Part shown: piece after piece, positions 56,852 through 64,000 of the stretch | How the letters are laid out: each line of letters begins with the position of its first letter | Position numbering within the stretch: position 1 is the first letter of the stretch | Assembly: GCA_044892505.1 (NCBI GenBank) | Contig: CM097882.1 | Location: forward strand, 451,918,001-451,982,000 | DNA: 64,000 nt | Direction of reading: 5' to 3' | Source: Schmidtea nova | Lineage: Eukaryota | Program-made: the position numbers and the translations under genes | Notes under the pieces: model-generated | Databases searched by the model: none | What the model was told of the DNA's origin: nothing | What the model saw: the letters and a program-made list of their open reading frames with translations, nothing else

Positions 56852-58138
56852 TGTGTATTAATTAATTTTTTATGTGTTTTTGTTATTAAATTTGTTTTTT
56901 TTTGGTGTTTCCTGTTGATAATTTAAATTCACTTCGATCCGCTACGATTAAACAAGACTTGATTAGGTTTAGTTTTTGCCCAATAATGCTATTCAAAATA
57001 TATTTTTTGGAAAATGAAGGGGGTAGATGTTAGTGTTGGGCCCGCCAAATCACCTAAAATCACAATAAAAGAACGAAAGCATGAAACAATAAGGAAATAA
57101 TAAACATAAAAATAACAATAAAAACAAATTAAAAATAAGAATAAAATGACAAATAATATTTGATAAGTTTCCAGCAAAAGGAAATTTTGAAAATAAGCCG
57201 GTAAACAACAGCAAAGGGGGGCCTGAAATAAAAAAAGATAGAATTAAATAAACTAATAGTACAAATAATTAATTAATTACTCGAAAAATCAGGACCACCC
57301 AGCGAGAAACCGGAAAAGGAAACAAAATAATATTTAGGTTTAAATAAAATAACAAAAATACTTTGATGGACGGTCTGATCCTGATTGGTCAATCCAACCA
57401 GACGGATCAGTATAAATACCGATCCAAAAACCACAACTTAACTTTTTCACTAAAACTTAACTGTTAGATAAAATCTTTACAAAACGCACTTTGTACTAGA
57501 ACTATTACCAGAAACGATTTTCGAGGAACAGTCTTAATTTTCAAATCCGAAGAAACATTCAAGTACGGAACGTAACATTTTAATTTTGTTTTATTATTGT
57601 ATATTGATGTTAATGTACCCATGATTTTTCATCCATTATAATTTTACGAAACTTTTATTTTTCTTCTATCTTAATTTAACCATGCATATAGTTATACTTC
57701 CTAGGCTGCTCACGCGGCGAGGGAGTCCGAGTCGTCGTTGTGGGGCCTCACGGTCTCACATGGTGGTTCAACCTTTTTAGTATTCATTTTAGATTTAGAA
57801 TTTTATTTGATAATATGACTGAATTTTGATCTAATCCAGACAATTTACTAATGATAATTAAATTATTTAATTCTGGGTTGCACAGAGGATGAGTGTCGAG
57901 GGCTAAATAGTGAAAATGCGGAGAGCAGCTTGATAATGGGGAACACCCAAGGGGAGGGTGTACTCAGCATCATAACGCGTAGTAAAATGAGCCGAAACTG
58001 AACCTCCAGCATGGAGAACAGTGACAAACAAAAAGAATTAATTCAAATAATTTCGATAGAATGGAAAATTTCAATCATGATTAAAGTCCGATTTCATTCG
58101 GAACTAGCACCTCACATACATAGTCACAAGATCGATAA

Positions 58139-58355
58139 ATTCCGATCGCATTAGAATGCGACGGAAAATCCAAATCAAATCAAGAGAATCTAAAAATAGA
58201 CCGATCGTCGTACATGGCGCGGATCACCTAATTTATCTTCCGATCGCTGTATATAGCGCGGAGAATTTTTGAATAAATTTTAGGCTTCCTGAATGCTGTA
58301 CATAGCACAGGACTAATTATGAATTCCTTATTTCCGACCGTGGTAGATCACGGCG
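58139..58355 (+). other. Five bulged hairpins, four with GTAnAT loop, in the solo LTR
   Basis: CCG-AT-CGTC-GTACAT-GGCG-CGG (58201), TCCG-AT-CGCT-GTATAT-AGCG-CGGA (58239), TCCTG-AA-TGCT-GTACAT-AGCA-CAGGA (58287), CCGTG-GTAGAT-CACGG (58338), TCCG-A-TCGCA-TTAGAA-TGCGA-CGGA (about 58141). Confidence 0.8.
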
Positions 58356-58475
58356 AGACAAATAAATATAATCATATTTTAGACCAATTTTTGTTGTTTT
58401 ACGTGGTATCAGTAAATCATCCTACAAATTTTCCTCCGATAAACTCTATGTTTTATATTCGATAACCTAATACAG

Positions 58476-58955
58476 ATGTCGACAGCTGAGATTATGGACA
58501 AATTGACCCAAATGCGGAATTTGGAACAAGGAAGTGCAGAGAATGGAACGGTCTCTCAACTCAAGGAGCTACCTGCACCGATATTGCGGACCCTCAACGC
58601 TCAAATGTACAAGTGGAGACACGGGTTCGGTCGAAAATGCCCGTTTTCCATATGGGCTGGAGGAAGCGATCAGGTACTCTACCGGGGAGGACCGAATTGG
58701 CCAATTTCCCAAAGGCCTTACTCGAACAAATTTGGACAAATAATCGTGGTGATAAAGGACGCAGAAGGACGATCGAGTCGAATAATTTATTGGGGACATA
58801 TCCCTCGCCGAGAGTTATGCCAATTGGGACTACAAGCGTTTCTACCGCGGAAACCGTTTGGCAAGGAATGTCAGAAGGGACAACCCCCATTTTCTTGGGC
58901 TCGACTGCGGCGGATGCTGATCAACAACGAACTACACTGCCTATTTCGGCGATAA
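58476..58955 (+). CDS. 159-aa ORF of unknown function inside the solo LTR
   Basis: GC-elevated intact ORF with ATG directly after CAG; no motif recognised; no counterpart in the 2.86-kb LTR. Confidence 0.45.
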   Translation: MSTAEIMDKLTQMRNLEQGSAENGTVSQLKELPAPILRTLNAQMYKWRHGFGRKCPFSIWAGGSDQVLYRGGPNWPISQRPYSNKFGQIIVVIKDAEGRSSRIIYWGHIPRRELCQLGLQAFLPRKPFGKECQKGQPPFSWARLRRMLINNELHCLFRR

Positions 58956-59130
58956 AATTTTATAACAATGATAATTATAAATAAAAATCTTATTGTTTCT
59001 CAATGGTCTTGGTTTTGAATTTCTGAATTATTAAATCTATCATGTTCTCGATTAAAAAATCATTTACTCATATTGAAATTTTAAGCATTTTTTAAAGCGA
59101 CAAAGGCAATTATTTTAAATCAATTATAGA

Positions 59131-59727
59131 ATGAATACCGATCTGGCACAAAGAGAGTTGGAAAAGATGTGGCGAATCCGGAGAGCCCAGGACAAGGAAT
59201 TGGGTCTCCTCAAAGCACAATTATCCAAAGCCGAGGCGCAAGTCACCTATTTGCGCAAAAGCTGGTTCGCTCCGGCCCGGATGAAGGAGCAAATCAGTAA
59301 AACCGAACGTGCCCAGCAAACCGCAGCCGATTATAAACTGGAATGGGAAGCTACCAAAATAGAGCTTCGGAAATGCCTCCATTCAGTGACTGCCTCTTAT
59401 ATCGAAAGGGAGTTACGAGATCAAATCCGACCGATCACATACCAAGAATGGACGGCGGAAAAGAAAAGCGTCAACTCGATTGGCACGGACGTCGACGATC
59501 TCTTGGAAGACCGAAACAAGCCAGTTCCAGCAATAAATCCATCCACTTCAACTGCAAATGCGCACCAGAAACGCAAGCGCATCGGGCAGAAACGGCGAAG
59601 GCAAAGAAAACTATTCGCGCAACGATTGCAGAATCAAGTAGACGGCCTGCACAAAATGACAGAAGAGGAATTATTAGCAGAAATATTTCCCCCAGCCGGA
59701 GTTTTCACCGAATTAATTAAAGATTAA
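59131..59727 (+). CDS. 198-aa LTR-encoded coiled-coil/Arg-rich protein (homologue of 27118-27711)
   Basis: Aligns without gaps over the first ~110 aa; basic motif QKRKRIGQKRRRQRK. Confidence 0.85.
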   Translation: MNTDLAQRELEKMWRIRRAQDKELGLLKAQLSKAEAQVTYLRKSWFAPARMKEQISKTERAQQTAADYKLEWEATKIELRKCLHSVTASYIERELRDQIRPITYQEWTAEKKSVNSIGTDVDDLLEDRNKPVPAINPSTSTANAHQKRKRIGQKRRRQRKLFAQRLQNQVDGLHKMTEEELLAEIFPPAGVFTELIKD

Positions 59728-60197
59728 ATAAATTCTCGTATTATCGTCAAATTTTTGTTGTTTACCTAAATTAGTTTAGTTAATGGAATAAATAATAATA
59801 TACCTGTGATATAAAAAATATAACTTTACAATACAAAACACCTAAGACAGGCAAATAAATAATTAAAGGAGCACTCGGATAACAAACTTCATGCAGAATA
59901 AGTGATGTTAAAGACAAATTTTCTGAAAGTTTATTGTGGAGTACCTAAGTAGATGATTAAAGCGTAAGTCCTTCTAACGGCAGCAATGAACCCGTAAACA
60001 TAAATGGGGAGTAGTACTAGCGATAGTGCTCACCTGCCCATCATTGTTTAACCACCCTGCGCATCACCAACTTGATTATATAGGGAAATAATCAAGGGCG
60101 CTTGAGTGTATAATTGCAATTTTATGTATGATCATGGATGAGGGATCCCTAGCCATTGTTAGAGCATTTTTCATCTAACCCCTCCATGAACCCAGCA

Positions 60198-60560
60198 TTA
60201 GATAGCATAGAGCGATGTTCCAAGTTGATAAATTATGTGGACCTTAGGAAGTTAAAGAAATTATGCGCGTAAAACCTTATATCGTCAACAGGAACCCGAA
60301 AGATAGAATACAGTGAGTAGTTGTGACAAAAAAGCTCACCTTCTCATTGAATTCTCATCCACCGTGTATATCATCAACATAGATTTTTAAGAAGTAATCA
60401 TGGGTACACGAGTGAGGAGAATTAGCGCTTTCATGAAAGTGGATGGGCTATGGTAACCCGTGACAATATTTTTTACAACCCATTCACCAACAACAGTCTT
60501 AACCTGCAGAATATAAAGAATTTCTGGAGAAAAGTGAATTTCATGACATCTAGCACGTTA
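60198..60560 (-). pseudogene. Degenerate unidentified ORF interrupted by the solo LTR
   Basis: DYFLKIYVDDIHGG*EFNEKV..YSIFRVPVDDIRFYAHNFFNFLRST*FINLEHRSMLS|NIYPLHFP reads through the TTAG TSD into 57029-57000. Confidence 0.4.
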
Positions 60561-60860
60561 GAGTTTTTTTATTGTTGGTAGCTCTATGCTAGAGAAAAAC
60601 CTTACATTAATTAGTAAAGAGAAAATTATAAAAATTAATTAAATCAATTTTAAAAATCGTGAAATAAATTAGATATTTTTAAATAATTAGCATATAACGC
60701 AGTCTACTTTTAACCCAAAAGATTTCAAATATTAAAAAAATGTTTTTGCAACACTTGTTTTAAAATCAATATTAAATCAAACATAAATATGTAATTAATT
60801 ATACAATTTTAATTTACAAATATCATTTAATATTTCGAATTAAAGCTATTTAATAACAAA

Positions 60861-62522
60861 ATGCAATTTAGTTGTATTTGTAATTATGAACATTGTGTTG
60901 AAAAAAAATGTAACACTTATTTTGGTTGCTTTAAATTAATCTCATTGTACGGCAATGATACCGGTAAATTGTATTTGAATTGCCTAAAGCAACCAATTCA
61001 TAATTCATACATTTGTCAAAATTCTACCAAAACTCAAGTAAAATGTTGTGATTTTAATCTCTGTAATAAAAACTCTACATTCAATAAATATATTAAAGCA
61101 ACACAGACTTCAAATTTTGATGAAAATGATTATTATTCTCTTTCAATAAAATTTGTTATTCCATTTTGTGTTGCTGCAATGATACTTTTAGTGATTTGTT
61201 TGATTATGTTCAATAAATATCACCACAATTTATCACGATATCTTAAATTGTATTCAAATTTTACTATTCGTAACAATAATAATAATAATAATTACTCTCG
61301 TCAATTGTCCGAGAATCAAGCGGAATATAAACCCTATGTCGATGATTGTGAACGAAGTCTATCAAATTCTAACAATAATCACAGTAGATTTGTGGAGAAT
61401 TATTCTGGGTTGTTACCATTAAATGAAGAAGAAGCTCGATATAATCGTCAGTCATCAGTGCATTGTGATTCGTGCACAAGTGGCAGTGGATCAGGAATGC
61501 CTTTCCTCGTCCAACGGACAATTGCTCGACAAGTTCAGCTGATAAATGGCATCGGTAAAGGCCGTTTTGGTGAGGTATGGAAAGGAGCTTATTATGGTGA
61601 AATGGTAGCAGTAAAGATATTTTCCAGCCGTGATGAAACGAGTTGGGCACGTGAAACTCACATTTACAATACATATTTATTGCGTCATCCGAATATTCTC
61701 GGTTATTATGCATCAGATATGGTATCAAGATTCGGGTGTACACAACTGTGGTTGATTACTCACTATCATGCGTTGGGGTCGCTTTATGATTATCTGCATT
61801 CTACTGTGATTTCTTTCAACGAGTGTGTGAATCTGTTGCACAGTACAGCCGCTGGATTGTCACATCTACACACTGAAATCATTTCCGGTCCTCAAGGAAA
61901 GCCATCAATTGCCCATCGGGATTTAAAATCGAAAAATATTCTCATTATCAAACCTGGCGAAGCCTGTATTGCCGATTTGGGGTTGTCAGTTCTTCAGTCG
62001 TCTACAAATTGTCTTTGTCCGTCACCTGTAAATAGCAAACATAAAATCGGTACTCGACGTTATATGGCGCCGGAAATTCTCGTCGATTGTTTGTGTCCTG
62101 ACAGTGATTTTGCAATAGAAAACTGCTTAGCCGATCCGACATCACCCAGTATTGTTGCTGGCACTCAACACGATGCGTGTCCGATTCGATTTGAGCATTT
62201 CATTTCCGCAGATATCTATGCGTTTGCACTCGTAATGTGGGAAGTTGTAACGCGCACCTTTCTCTCAGGACAGAAAAATATTACGGAGTACAAAGTGCCA
62301 TATCAAGATATAGTGCCACTTGATCCAAGCACTGCTGAAATGCGACAATTGGTATGCGTGGACAAATTCCGGCCCGAATTGCCGGATTCTCAATCCGGTT
62401 TTGTGTTGGAATTAAATGCGATGATTCGTGAAAGTTGGTCGGAAAAATCTCAAACTCGACCGAGTGCTTTGCGTTTAAAGAAAAATCTGAAATCTCTTCT
62501 ATCAACTGAAAATCTGTGTTAA
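60861..62522 (+). CDS. ACVR1: TGF-beta/BMP type I receptor kinase, ALK1/ALK2 (ACVR1/Saxophone) class; signal peptide missing from this ORF
   Basis: Cys box CCDFNLCN, TM FVIPFCVAAMILLVICLIMF, GS box TSGSGSGMPFLVQRTIARQ, GKGRFGEVW, L45 loop ASDMVSRFGCTQLW (ALK1/2-like), HRDLKSKNIL, GTRRYMAPE. Confidence 0.9.
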   Translation: MQFSCICNYEHCVEKKCNTYFGCFKLISLYGNDTGKLYLNCLKQPIHNSYICQNSTKTQVKCCDFNLCNKNSTFNKYIKATQTSNFDENDYYSLSIKFVIPFCVAAMILLVICLIMFNKYHHNLSRYLKLYSNFTIRNNNNNNNYSRQLSENQAEYKPYVDDCERSLSNSNNNHSRFVENYSGLLPLNEEEARYNRQSSVHCDSCTSGSGSGMPFLVQRTIARQVQLINGIGKGRFGEVWKGAYYGEMVAVKIFSSRDETSWARETHIYNTYLLRHPNILGYYASDMVSRFGCTQLWLITHYHALGSLYDYLHSTVISFNECVNLLHSTAAGLSHLHTEIISGPQGKPSIAHRDLKSKNILIIKPGEACIADLGLSVLQSSTNCLCPSPVNSKHKIGTRRYMAPEILVDCLCPDSDFAIENCLADPTSPSIVAGTQHDACPIRFEHFISADIYAFALVMWEVVTRTFLSGQKNITEYKVPYQDIVPLDPSTAEMRQLVCVDKFRPELPDSQSGFVLELNAMIRESWSEKSQTRPSALRLKKNLKSLLSTENLC

Positions 62523-62778
62523 TCTTTTTTATCTATTTGTATCTCATGTCTCTTTCAGAACTTTTAGATCTGACATCAATGTTTATTGATTTTCTGTTTG
62601 ATGTACATTTCAATTGAAATATATTTTTTATTGATGGATTTTTGCTTTAAAACAAAGTTGATTTTAATTAAAAAAATATATTATTTTTATACGTTTTAAA
62701 GTGCACTTTTTCGTATTTTTTCAAAATCATTTATTGATCAATTATTACTTTTGTCAACCCTTACATATATGATGCTAA

Positions 62779-63070
62779 TCTAATATATATAAAAGGCAAT
62801 GTTTATATGTTCTCTATAGAAATCCAAACCCCTGGACTGATCTCGATGAAATTTGGCATGATAGTAGTCCTCGAGGGAAGAAGGTTCTTAGCTGGGTTTC
62901 GACCCCATACTCCAACCCCCAGGGTCAGGGGTCCAGGGTGGCTCAGCAGCATCAACCGTGCTATTTGGTGAAAACTTTATAAAATAAAAGTTGTTGAGCA
63001 CACCTGTTTTAGTGGTTATGGATCACTTTTAAGGACCCTTAACGTGGATCCGGAAGGACCTGGGGCCCAT
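62779..63070 (+). mobile_element. Non-autonomous Helitron-like 5' end
   Basis: A|TCTAATATATATAAAA start followed by the CTGATCTCGATGAAATTTGGCATG motif common in such elements. Confidence 0.45.
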
Positions 63071-63094
63071 GTACTTCTAAGCTGTTTTCAACTT

Positions 63095-64000
63095 AAAAGA
63101 AAGATAATTTTAGAGAAAAATCGAGAGCGATGTTAAACAATGTTAAACAAAAACTGGACATGCTCATAGCCAAATTTGAATCAGATGAAGAAACAGACAA
63201 CCAAATGATGACGGGGCAAAAGTTGAGGGAAGATGAATCAGAATCAGATAAAGTTTCAAGCAATAAAGTTAAAGCTGACATGCTAAGTGAAAGGAGTACT
63301 GTATTTATTGTCAAGATCAGAAAATTAGTTACAAAACCAGACGTAAATTCTTAGAAATTAACAGAATTATTAACAAAGCTAACTAAAATACCTTTGAGTC
63401 TGACAAAAATTAAAACCGTTATTAAACTTGTGCAGAATGTTATGAAGCAAGCGTGGATAAGCGAGATATATTCAAAAACCTTATGAGAGTATTTGGCCAA
63501 TCTCTACGGAAAAATAAATGGTTAGACCCTATATTTATCCTAATGAATGCATTAGAAGGTACAAAAATCCAACTATAAAATCAAAGCATACGAGAGGATA
63601 CATGAGTTGAAAAGAGAGGTGATGCACAAGTGTGAAGGTTGGGCAGTGGAATTTAGATTTATGGGTCGAGTGTTGAAGACGACGAATCTTTGGTAGATTG
63701 TGGACTAATTTCTGGTGTTGAAAATGAGATGCAAGTAACGAGTATGATTATCAATAAAAAAACTGTGAGAAATGATTTTGATGGAACCAACGGGGATGGA
63801 TGGGGAGTTGAATTAATGGAAGCGTTGGTTAAAGAAAATGCAAGTGATATTAATGATAAATTAAATAATATTTTGAATTTTTGACTTAAATTGGAAGACA
63901 AATTAAAAATTCTAGATTGTGTTAGGCCATATGTGAAGTCTGAAAACGAATATAGTAAAACAATAAAAAGTCTAATTCGAAAATTTGGAGAAGAATTCAG
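63095..64000 (+). pseudogene. Degenerate unidentified coding sequence
   Basis: Long, mostly single-frame protein-like stretch with multiple stops; no motif recognised. Confidence 0.3.

Larger units (their letters stand above)
57034..60197 (+). mobile_element. Giant solo LTR (3164 bp) of a sister family of the 25-kb element
   Basis: TGTTGGG...CCCAGCA ends, perfect 4-bp TSD TTAG (57030-33, 60198-201); shares the CCAAT/TATA block, bulged hairpins, LTR protein and 3' block with the 2.86-kb LTRs. Confidence 0.9.

Overview
AT-rich animal (eukaryotic) genomic DNA with short introns and three N-gaps; it looks flatworm/planarian-like, which is an inference only. Host genes: a minus-strand SUN-domain nuclear-envelope gene (16 phase-consistent exons reconstructed by hand, 23535->200, continuing off the left edge, introns full of hAT, piggyBac, Penelope and MITE debris) and an ALK1/2 (ACVR1/Saxophone)-type TGF-beta type I receptor at 60861-62522. 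The centrepiece is a 25,060-bp LTR element (25449-50508) with near-identical 2.86-kb LTRs, TGTTG..CAACA ends, a 4-bp ATCA target-site duplication and a tRNA-type PBS. I found no RT, RNase H or integrase in it. It encodes a 3078-aa polyprotein (Gag + 3 CCHC knuckles, ubiquitin-like domains, AT-hook, Bcl-2-like domain, chuvirus-type fusion glycoprotein, retropepsin, ankyrin repeats), an ankyrin/FN3-like membrane protein, an IAP-type RING protein, a full TRAF and small coiled-coil/membrane proteins. Its LTRs encode an Arg-rich coiled-coil protein downstream of two arrays of RNA hairpins. A diverged 3.16-kb solo LTR (57034-60197, TSD TTAG) conserves the promoter, the protein, the bulged hairpins (with covariation) and a structured 3' block. 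This suggests a Tat/Rev/Rex-like cis-element plus trans-factor system in a virus-like, pol-less retroelement. A Penelope element with an inverted pLTR and hammerhead ribozymes lies at 51.6-54.6 kb.
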